NCBI GenBank assembly: GCA_963745235.1
Contig: CAVUXE010000046.1
Location: 1-64,000 of the forward strand
Direction of reading: 5' to 3'
Source: an uncultured Spirochaetota bacterium
Lineage (GTDB): Bacteria > Spirochaetota > Spirochaetia > SZUA-6 > Fen-1364
Length of the DNA stretch: 64,000 nucleotides
The translations under genes and the position numbers were made by a program. Of this stretch, positions 56,720 to 64,000 are shown in pieces (the stretch's first letter is position 1; the number at the start of each line of letters is the position of its first letter). The notes beneath the pieces are model-generated. The model searched no databases. It saw only the letters and a list, made by a program, of their open reading frames with translations, and was not told where the DNA came from.

Positions 56720-58882
56720 CTACAACTGGTAGCGGGCCTGGAGCATCTGCCGCAGCCTCCGATAGCCCTGCGCCATGATGGGCTCCGGAGGGAGCTTGAA
56801 ATTGACCTCACCGGAGATGCCCTGAAAGAGGGCAGCGGCGTCGTTCCTCTGAATGCCCAACCGCAGCTCGTAGAATGACTGTGCGGCAATGTCCCCGCCT
56901 GCATCGCTGCTCGTCGGGAGGTTGCCCCCGCCTTGGAGCCCCAGCGCGGCGGAAGGGAGCCGCGTCTGCCCCGCGGGGATCCTCGTGATGCTCGTGACCG
57001 AAAGCGGGGCGTCTGCCTGGCCGGCCAGCCTGACCTTCGAGCCCCGGATGACGTTGGAGAAAACCGCGGAGGCGTCCTGCTGCGGGATCACGCAGACAAA
57101 GTCAAACCTCGAGTCATCGACGACCTTCCCGATCGAGGTCCCTCTCGGTATCCACATGTCGCTCATTTCATCCAGGTCCGGAGCAACCCAAAGCCCGTCC
57201 CGATCCGCCCTGACCACCAGGGCCTCCTCCTCCCGCTCCACGCGGTCCAGCTGGTCCTGGACGCTTGCGATGCTGTCGTCTATCGCGGGGAGGTCAGCGG
57301 GGCTTCTGGAGAGCGCCCGTGCCCGCACTGCCCTCGACTCGTCCATGTGAGCCTGGATCTCCTGCATCCGCGCGGCCAGCTCTGGATTTGCCAGCTGGAC
57401 CAGGATGTCTCCTTTGTGGACGCGGGAGTCCGACGGCACGAGGATCCGGGAAATGAAACCGGGAACCTCATTGACGATGGCGCCCTGTTCGGATGCCTGC
57501 AGGATCCCGGGGGCCCTGAAGCCTCGGGGCACTGGCACCACAACGAGGAGGCCCGCGGCCAGGGCCACGGCGGCCACCGTGACGCACGCGGCGCGCAGCC
57601 GGTTCTTTTCCAGGCGCGGATTGGCGACGAGGTAGTGGAGGACGCGCAGAAACGGAGTGATGACCCAGGCCACGGCGCACACTGCGGCCATGATGATTCC
57701 GAGCAGGAGGAAGCGGTCCGCGATGACGAGCAGGATCGTGGAAAAGACCACGAGCTTGTACAAGCCGCTTGCCGTTCCGAAGACGGTGAGCCAGCCGGCT
57801 TCAGAGGGCGTGGCCGCGGGGCTTTCGGACTTTCGCACCCCGAACGCGTAGTGCTCCACCAGGTGCCTCAGGTGCTGGTTGGCCCGGCTGGCCAGGTTGG
57901 GTATGTCCAGCAGGTCCGAGAGGATGTAATAGCCGTCGAAGCGCATCAAAGGATTCACGTTGAATACGATTGTAGAGATCGAGGCGACGAAAATGCTGTC
58001 ATACGCAAGGGCATGGAGGGTCCCCGGCCCGGTGGCCGCCCAGACGAACACCGCGAGCCCCGCGAGGAAGAGCTCCGCGACCATGCCCGCCGCTCCCACG
58101 AGCGCCCGCTGCCACTTGCTGCGGAACGACCATGCCGCAGTGGTGTCCGTGTACGGAAGCGGATTGAAGATCAGGAACATGAGCCCCATCGTGTGGACGC
58201 TGCCGCCGAATCGGCGCACGGCGCACGCATGGCCAAGCTCGTGGAACGTCTTGATGAGTATCAGGGAGAGATACAGCAGGGGCAGGTTGGACAGCGACAG
58301 CACTCCCTGGGCCTGGACCCTGAGCTGCGCGAAGTGATTGACGGCCACGGTGAGGGCCCCCAGCACAACCGCGGCCCAGAGGAGCCCGCCGGCGGGACCG
58401 ATCAGAAGGCGGATTGCGGGCAGGAGACGCTTGAGCAGCCCGTTCGGGTCGAACAGGGGAATCCGAAAGAACATGATGCTGCGAAGGGTGGCCCGCCTGA
58501 CGGACTGTTTCTGCCTGCGATACCGCTCGAAGAGCGTCTCACTGTCCGCGGGGAGATCGTAGTGAAGAAGGTTCGCGTGGTAGAGCTGGGAAAGGAGCTG
58601 GATGACCTCCTCCTGGCCGGGGGCGTTCTGCGGATCAAGCTCCACGCTCTCCCGCCACACATCGTCCACCGTGCGCCCGCTTTCCAGCCGGCAGAGAAAC
58701 TCATAGGCGGCCGGCCGCAGCCGGAAGAACTGGTCGCTGAACGGCTCGTGCAGCACGTACCAGCGCGATCCGCGGAAAAGCTGACGGCGCGCGCGCACGC
58801 TGGAGCGGAGGGAAAGCCTCTGGCCGGCAAGGCGGTACCACGATTCATGGAAGATCTTGTGCTCCGCGGGAGCCGCTGCCAT
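56720..58882 (-). CDS. PqqD/RRE-like domain + M50 (site-2) metalloprotease + HlyD-type membrane-fusion domain
   Basis: 'KTFHELGH' (HExxH), 'NPLMRFDGYY', multiple TMs, C-terminal lipoyl-like/coiled-coil MFP. N-terminal 'WYVLHEPFSDQFFRLRPAAYEFLCRLESGRTVDDVW...VIQLLSQLYHANLL' resembles a 3-strand/3-helix PqqD fold. Confidence 0.88.
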   Translation of the reverse strand: MAAAPAEHKIFHESWYRLAGQRLSLRSSVRARRQLFRGSRWYVLHEPFSDQFFRLRPAAYEFLCRLESGRTVDDVWRESVELDPQNAPGQEEVIQLLSQLYHANLLHYDLPADSETLFERYRRQKQSVRRATLRSIMFFRIPLFDPNGLLKRLLPAIRLLIGPAGGLLWAAVVLGALTVAVNHFAQLRVQAQGVLSLSNLPLLYLSLILIKTFHELGHACAVRRFGGSVHTMGLMFLIFNPLPYTDTTAAWSFRSKWQRALVGAAGMVAELFLAGLAVFVWAATGPGTLHALAYDSIFVASISTIVFNVNPLMRFDGYYILSDLLDIPNLASRANQHLRHLVEHYAFGVRKSESPAATPSEAGWLTVFGTASGLYKLVVFSTILLVIADRFLLLGIIMAAVCAVAWVITPFLRVLHYLVANPRLEKNRLRAACVTVAAVALAAGLLVVVPVPRGFRAPGILQASEQGAIVNEVPGFISRILVPSDSRVHKGDILVQLANPELAARMQEIQAHMDESRAVRARALSRSPADLPAIDDSIASVQDQLDRVEREEEALVVRADRDGLWVAPDLDEMSDMWIPRGTSIGKVVDDSRFDFVCVIPQQDASAVFSNVIRGSKVRLAGQADAPLSVTSITRIPAGQTRLPSAALGLQGGGNLPTSSDAGGDIAAQSFYELRLGIQRNDAAALFQGISGEVNFKLPPEPIMAQGYRRLRQMLQARYQL

Positions 58883-58891
58883 GCCTTCCTC

Positions 58892-60769
58892 CTACCACCA
58901 CAGGCGCAGCCGCAGGAAGTCCGCCGTGCGGTGCGTCAGGACCCAGAGGAGTCCCCTGGTTCCCGCATCGAGCCTTGCCACTCCTGTCATCCCCGGGCGC
59001 CACCAGCTCGCGGGGCCCGTCGGGAAGTTGCAGTCCACGATGAAGATGTTTCCCGTATTCTTCGTGACCGCCTCCGGCTCGATGCGGGTTACGGTGATCC
59101 GAGAGCTTTCCTGCGGCCGCGCGGTCAGGGCAATCTCTCCTCCCCGCGCATTCTGCAGCTCGCGGATATCCCTCTCACTGACCTCCAGCCGGGCATACAG
59201 GCGGTCGATGCGGGCGAGCTTGAAAAGCGTGTCGCCCTGGTGCACCGGCAGCCCGATGCGCTCCCGCAGGTCTCCTTCCACGATGATTCCTGAGAAGGGC
59301 GCCTTGATGACAGACTCATCCAGGTGGTAACGCACCTGGTCGTATTGCGCCGAGGCCTGGTCCACGCGGGCCTGCGCTATCCGCATGTCAGCCAGGGAAA
59401 AAGTCGCCCGCGCCTTGGCAAGCTCCGCCTGGTAGGACTCCCTCTCTGCGACGATCTGCGCCTCCGAAAGGAGGAGGTCCGTCTGGTCGAGGGCAAGAAG
59501 TTCCTGCCCTTCCTGGACGGTGTCTCCGATCCGTACGTCCACTTTCTCGATGTGACCGTCCAGGGGGGCGCTCAGGACGGCGACGTCGTCCGTTCGCAGC
59601 GTGACAGGCGCCTTGACCCGGTAGGGAACGCGCCCGAAGAGCACGAATGCCAGGAGGACAGCCCCGATGATTGCGAGGACCTTGAGCCATGTGTGCTCGA
59701 ACCCGACAAGGCGGGCGAAAACCTCCTTCGCCCCCAGGGCCAACCGGGCCCCGACCCATCTATCCCATCTCTTGAGGTCGGAGAGTCTCGGCCCGGCCAG
59801 GTCGCAGAACAGGCGCAGGTGCCGCACCTCGCGCTCGGAGAAGGGGGCCGTATTGCGCTCGCAGGTCAGGACCGCCACGGGTTTCCGGTCGATGCGAAGG
59901 GGAAGGGAGCACAGGTACCGTGAATCGTGGGCGCGCGAAAAGCCCTGATGGTCCCGGGTCACCGGGGCGCCCTGCGAGCCGGTTGCCGGCACGACGATAT
60001 CGCTGTCCTGGTCAAAGGCCTCTTCCATGGCTGCCTCGAGCAGCTGGACCGCGTCCGATGCGCGGTCGAAGCGGTCAACATGGCTCGTGGCCGCAAGCTG
60101 GATGTAGCCCTTTTCGTTCCACCCCAGGCTCACCCGCTCGCAGGCCAGGCGCGCGGCCGTCTCGTTGCAGAAAGTCATTGCGGCGGGGAGGAAGCGCCCA
60201 TGGTCGTTGAGGACCACGACCAGGTCCAGCGCGCCGGCAAAGCTTTCAACCTGGGCCTTCGATTCTCGGGCCATGCGCCGTTCCTGGTAGCTTGCCGGTG
60301 CGTCGGCCGCAAGAAGCAGGCGCCGCGAGATCTCCTTTGCTGAAACGAGGCTGGCGTTCTTCAGTCTCAGCACCGCGAGACACAACCCCTCCCCGACGCC
60401 GGCTTCGACCCGCAGCGCGACGAGGCGCTCACCGTCGCTTTCCCAGAGGGCGGCCCCTTCGCGTGCGCACTGTTCTGCCACCGCATCCAGCTGCGCCGGA
60501 AGATCAGCCTCCGCGCGGCCCCCATCCGCGTCCTGATTGTCTTTCGCAACGAAGCGCCACGCGGATCCGCGCTCCCGGCCGCGAACCATGATTGCTCCCC
60601 ACCCGGCTTCCGCCATGGACGACAGGATCCCCAGGAAAGCGCGCCAGAACTGCGCGGGCTCGCCCTGGAACCTCCGCAGCAGCGCGAGCTGCTCCAGGGA
60701 ACGCAGGTACGCCTCCTGCGGCCAATCGACGCGCCCCTGGTCCGGGATAGCCGCCTCTTCCCTGCTCAT
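58892..60769 (-). CDS. GAF-domain HlyD/efflux membrane-fusion protein
   Basis: GAF 'YLCSLPLRIDRKPVAVLTCER...FSEREV', one TM, MFP 'LSAPLDGHIEKVDVRIGDTVQEGQEL...IKAPFSGIIV...WWRPGMTG'. Confidence 0.88.
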   Translation of the reverse strand: MSREEAAIPDQGRVDWPQEAYLRSLEQLALLRRFQGEPAQFWRAFLGILSSMAEAGWGAIMVRGRERGSAWRFVAKDNQDADGGRAEADLPAQLDAVAEQCAREGAALWESDGERLVALRVEAGVGEGLCLAVLRLKNASLVSAKEISRRLLLAADAPASYQERRMARESKAQVESFAGALDLVVVLNDHGRFLPAAMTFCNETAARLACERVSLGWNEKGYIQLAATSHVDRFDRASDAVQLLEAAMEEAFDQDSDIVVPATGSQGAPVTRDHQGFSRAHDSRYLCSLPLRIDRKPVAVLTCERNTAPFSEREVRHLRLFCDLAGPRLSDLKRWDRWVGARLALGAKEVFARLVGFEHTWLKVLAIIGAVLLAFVLFGRVPYRVKAPVTLRTDDVAVLSAPLDGHIEKVDVRIGDTVQEGQELLALDQTDLLLSEAQIVAERESYQAELAKARATFSLADMRIAQARVDQASAQYDQVRYHLDESVIKAPFSGIIVEGDLRERIGLPVHQGDTLFKLARIDRLYARLEVSERDIRELQNARGGEIALTARPQESSRITVTRIEPEAVTKNTGNIFIVDCNFPTGPASWWRPGMTGVARLDAGTRGLLWVLTHRTADFLRLRLWW

Positions 60770-61593
60770 TCCTCCCCTTTCGACGGGAAAAGGAGGGTAC
60801 CCGTAATGCCCGGAAGGACCCGACCCTCGGGATTGTCAAAAAGCACCTTGATCTCCCGCAGCCCGCTGGAAGGATCAACCACGGGTGAGACGTAGTCCAC
60901 GGTACCCCGAGAGCCGGACTGCGGCAGACCGGGAACCGATATACGAACCTTCATGCCGACAGCGAATCCGGCAGAAGCCGCCGCATCCACGTGGGCGTCC
61001 AGGCGGCACTTGGAGACATCCACGATGCGCACCACCGGGGCCGGCGGAGCGCAGGAGTCCCCGAGGTAGACGAAAAGCTTGACGATCACGCCGTCGAACG
61101 GAGCGACGATGGTCCGCCGGGCGAGTTGTGCCTGGGCGATCTCGTAGTCGATCTTCTCCCGCTCTCCCGCCTCTTCGAGGCGCTTCACCTCGAGGGCCGC
61201 CAGCCTGGCCTCCAGCTCCCGCTGCAGCAGGTCGTTCTCCGGCACCGAGTGGGTGGTGGTATACAGCTCCCGGGTGCTCGCGAGCAGCCGCGTGTAGGCT
61301 TCCAGTCTCTGCCTGGCTTCGTCCAGCTCCACGGTGCTCTGCCAGATCTGCTGCCTGCGCTGGACCTCCAGGGATTCCAGGTCCTTGTCCAGCTCGAGGA
61401 TCTCTTCCCTGGCGCGCACGGTATCCCCTTCCTTCTTGAAGACCTGGGACACCGTTCCCGGCACGCTCACGCTGAGAGTCACGTCATGGTAGGGCTCAGT
61501 GATCCCCCTGACAGCCTGCTGCTGGGCGGCGGCCTGCCGCGGGATGGTGAGAACCAGCATGGAGAGCATGAACGTCACGACGAGCTTTGTCAG
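60766..61593 (-). CDS. Efflux RND/HlyD periplasmic adaptor subunit (possible CTG start at 61593; alternatives 61570 and 61686)
   Basis: 'VTLSVSVPGTVSQVFKKEGDTV', 'IVAPFDGVI', 'YVSPVVDPSSGL', 'LPGITG'. ATGA overlap with the next gene. Confidence 0.88.
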   Translation of the reverse strand: MTKLVVTFMLSMLVLTIPRQAAAQQQAVRGITEPYHDVTLSVSVPGTVSQVFKKEGDTVRAREEILELDKDLESLEVQRRQQIWQSTVELDEARQRLEAYTRLLASTRELYTTTHSVPENDLLQRELEARLAALEVKRLEEAGEREKIDYEIAQAQLARRTIVAPFDGVIVKLFVYLGDSCAPPAPVVRIVDVSKCRLDAHVDAAASAGFAVGMKVRISVPGLPQSGSRGTVDYVSPVVDPSSGLREIKVLFDNPEGRVLPGITGTLLFPSKGEE

Positions 61594-61722
61594 CGGACTC
61601 TCCTCGGCGCCTCGAAACGATTGTGTAGAAAGTACAGAGCCGGCGGGCGGGAGTGCAAGTTCTTTTTCCCTTGCTTTCTGGCGCATATTTTCCCGACCTT
61701 TTTTCCAGAATTGGAGGAAGCG

Positions 61723-63288
61723 ATGAAAGGCCGATCAGTCCTCGGCGTCTTCAGAGCGCTCGCGTTCTCCTGCGTCCTGTTCAACGCAGGGTCCACAGAG
61801 GCGCAGGAAATACCGGCGCCTGGCCGCATGATGAGCCTCGCCTCTTTCCTGGGGGACGTCGTTCGCACGAACCCCGGGGTGCGAGAGGCCCGCCTGCAGT
61901 GGCTCATCCAGACGGGGCAGGCGCGCGCGGAATGGGGCACCTACGAGCCCGTTCTCGCGGCCAGCGCGAAGGAGGAAGGGCTGCGCCAGCAGAACACGGC
62001 CCTTGAACAGTTCCAGCAGCTGGGAACCCCTCTGTACGACGAGAAGAACGACGCCTACTCCCTCGGGGTCGAGGGGAATCTTCCCACGGGGGCAAACTAC
62101 AATCTGGGCGCCTCCATCACCAGGTTGCAGGATACCTACGTCGAGCAGGGACAGTTCAAATCCTTCGTGGGCATTTCCGCCCAGCAGCCCCTCCTGAAAG
62201 GGTTTACCCACGGCGCCCCGATGGGCTCCATTCGAACCGCTTTCGAGGACCGCATCATTGCGTTTCACGAGTATCGCCGGCAGCTCATGTCCGCGGTGAC
62301 CCAGGCAGAGGCGGCATACTGGAACCTTGCGTTCGCGCAGGAAGTGCTTCGCATGGACTCCGAATCCGTCCAGGTGGCCCGCGACCTCCTCACGACCGCG
62401 AAGGAGGCAGCGCTCGTGGGGAAAATGTCCGACCTGGATGTTCGCGAAGCGGAGGCGGAGCTTGCCTCCCGCGAGGCAGCGCGGGAAGACGGGCAGATTT
62501 CCCTGAACGAGGCCCTGCGGCAACTGCGGCTGCTCACCGGCGGTGCGGGGGCAAAACCAGCAAACGACAGTATCGTTGCCACCGACCCGCTTGTTGCCAA
62601 CGAGGGAGGGCAGTGGGACCCGGCGGCCGAAGGCCGCAGCTACCAGGAGTGGGCCGAGCGCGCGCAACCCGATTACATGATCGAATCGGAGCAGGTGCTC
62701 AAGGAGGGCCTCCTGGTCGACCTGCAGAAGGACCAGGCTCTGCCTGAGCTCAGCCTCACGGGCAGTTACGGGTACAGCGGGCTCGGCGACACGCCTCAGG
62801 ATTCCCTTGGCAGCCTTGGGAGCCAGAGCTATCCGACGTGGTCGCTCGGGCTGGAGCTCCACATGCCCCTCCTCCTGGGCGTGAAGCAGCGCAACGAGCT
62901 CGACGTGGAGGAGCTCAAGAGGGAGCTCGCAACCGTGCGGCTCGCCGCGGTGCGCCAGCAAATGACAGACACCATCGTCTCCCTTGTCCAGAGCATCGCG
63001 ACACTCCGTGAGCATATCGACAACCAGCGAACGGTGGTCCAGGTCAAGCGCGACCTCCTGGCTGTCCAGACCGAACGGCTGCACGGCGGGACGGCCAGCC
63101 TCCTGGAAGTCTACAACGCCGAGGATGAGGTGCGGCAGGCCAGGCAGCACGAGCTGGAGGCAGTGGTCCGTTTCCGGCAGGCGTTGATGGAGCTGGGCCG
63201 GGCGAGTGGAGCCGTGCTCAGGGACCATGCCCTGGAACAGCTGAAGGACGGCCAGGTTGAGCTGAGGGAGGACCTGCGGTCACGGTAG
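61723..63288 (+). CDS. TolC family outer-membrane efflux protein (521 aa)
   Basis: GGAGG SD, signal peptide ending 'TEA|Q', 'QQPLLKG', 'EAAYWNL', 'LPELSLTGSY', 'WSLGLELHMPL'; two OEP repeats. Confidence 0.9.
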   Translation: MKGRSVLGVFRALAFSCVLFNAGSTEAQEIPAPGRMMSLASFLGDVVRTNPGVREARLQWLIQTGQARAEWGTYEPVLAASAKEEGLRQQNTALEQFQQLGTPLYDEKNDAYSLGVEGNLPTGANYNLGASITRLQDTYVEQGQFKSFVGISAQQPLLKGFTHGAPMGSIRTAFEDRIIAFHEYRRQLMSAVTQAEAAYWNLAFAQEVLRMDSESVQVARDLLTTAKEAALVGKMSDLDVREAEAELASREAAREDGQISLNEALRQLRLLTGGAGAKPANDSIVATDPLVANEGGQWDPAAEGRSYQEWAERAQPDYMIESEQVLKEGLLVDLQKDQALPELSLTGSYGYSGLGDTPQDSLGSLGSQSYPTWSLGLELHMPLLLGVKQRNELDVEELKRELATVRLAAVRQQMTDTIVSLVQSIATLREHIDNQRTVVQVKRDLLAVQTERLHGGTASLLEVYNAEDEVRQARQHELEAVVRFRQALMELGRASGAVLRDHALEQLKDGQVELREDLRSR

Positions 63289-63351
63289 TTAAGAAGATTT
63301 AACCTGGCCGCAATCAAACCGTAATCAGGCGACGCTACGATCTACGCAGGT

Positions 63352-64000
63352 ATGAGTAGCGCCGTCAAGAGGACACGAAAGGCTGAAGAGAACGTCCTTT
63401 CAATCTATTTCAAGGAAATCAGCCGGATCCCCCTTCTTTCTCGGGCGGAAGAGGACGCGCTTGCCCGCCGCGCGATGCGCGGTGACAGGCTCGCCGGGGA
63501 AAAGCTGATCAAGGCAAACCTGAGGTTTGTCGTGAACCTCGCAAAGAAGTTTCCCTCCTATGGCATTCCGCTCGAGGACCTTGTCAGCGAGGGGAACATC
63601 GGGCTGGTGCTTGCCCTGGAACATTTCGATCCCGGCAAAGGCTACCGGTTCATCTCGTACGCCGTGTGGTGGATCCGTCAGACCATCCTGAGGGCCATCG
63701 GCGAGAAATCCCGCATGATCCGTCTCCCCCAGAACAAGGCCCAGGAGCTTCTCCAGGTCACGCGGGTGCGTGATGAGCTGCAGGGAGAGCAAAGCCGCAC
63801 ACCAGTGGAAGAGGAGATCGCGCAGAGGCTCCACAAGGATCGCGGCCGGGTCGCAGAGCTGCTGACCATCTCCCGTGACCTGCTTTCCCTGGACGCACCC
63901 GTTTCCGCGGATGAGGACTTCTCTCCGCTGGAGGACTTCGTGGAGGACAAGAGCCGCGGGTCCGTTGAGGAGATCCTTACCAGGAGCTCCCTCCGAGACG
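63352..64000 (+). CDS. RNA polymerase sigma factor, RpoD/RpoS family lacking region 1.1 (partial, runs off the right edge)
   Basis: Hand translation: 'LSIYFKEISRIPLLS..EE', 'LIKANLRFVVNLAKK', 'DLVSEGNIGL', 'FDPGKGYRFISYAVWWIRQ', 'SLDAPV'. Confidence 0.93.
   Translation, partial: MSSAVKRTRKAEENVLSIYFKEISRIPLLSRAEEDALARRAMRGDRLAGEKLIKANLRFVVNLAKKFPSYGIPLEDLVSEGNIGLVLALEHFDPGKGYRFISYAVWWIRQTILRAIGEKSRMIRLPQNKAQELLQVTRVRDELQGEQSRTPVEEEIAQRLHKDRGRVAELLTISRDLLSLDAPVSADEDFSPLEDFVEDKSRGSVEEILTRSSLRD

Noticed and set aside
56716-56904. 63-aa N-terminal extension of the SecA-like ORF
   Set aside because: It overlaps the M50 gene; ATG 56715 fits operon coupling better.
55054-59293. Plus-strand ORFs of 574 and 786 aa
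   Set aside because: They are antisense to the secA-like and M50 genes, which carry the clear motifs.
60991-61722. Long N-terminal extension of the TolC ORF
   Set aside because: It overlaps the adaptor gene on the other strand; the SD and signal peptide point to ATG 61723.
1-64000. CRISPR array, tRNA/rRNA, IS/transposase, integrase or DGR reverse transcriptase
   Set aside because: All repeats seen are in-frame coding repeats without spacers; no such motifs were recognised by eye.

Overview
High-GC bacterial window. The sigma factor and the giant surface proteins suggest a free-living Spirochaetia-type genome, but this is inference only. It has four parts. (1) 1-8817, minus strand: the 5' part of a giant Sec-signal beta-helical surface protein containing near-identical ~1.5-kb tandem repeats. 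It runs off the left edge and is absent from the ORF track. (2) 9.1-21.6 kb: a mixed metabolic/regulatory region with a decayed amidohydrolase, TetR, an H-box-less hybrid kinase, GlcG, a 4HB sensor, DUF1059, an ALDH-SDR-MBL operon and a BTAD-cyclase-like-AAA-TPR regulator. (3) 21921-54075: one ~32-kb LEPR-XLL gene, about 10,716 aa once four single-base +1 frameshifts are repaired. It carries beta-helical, RTX-like and FG-GAP repeats. (4) 54069-63288: a convergent, ABC-less T1SS-like export cluster. It encodes three different membrane-fusion proteins (one GAF-fused, one fused to a PqqD/RRE-like domain plus M50 protease), a C-terminally truncated SecA-DEAD ATPase, a small OM-type protein and a divergent TolC, followed by an RpoD/RpoS-type sigma factor. 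The best candidate for an uncharacterised system is this SecA-powered, leader-recognising secretion machine and its LEPR-XLL cargo.
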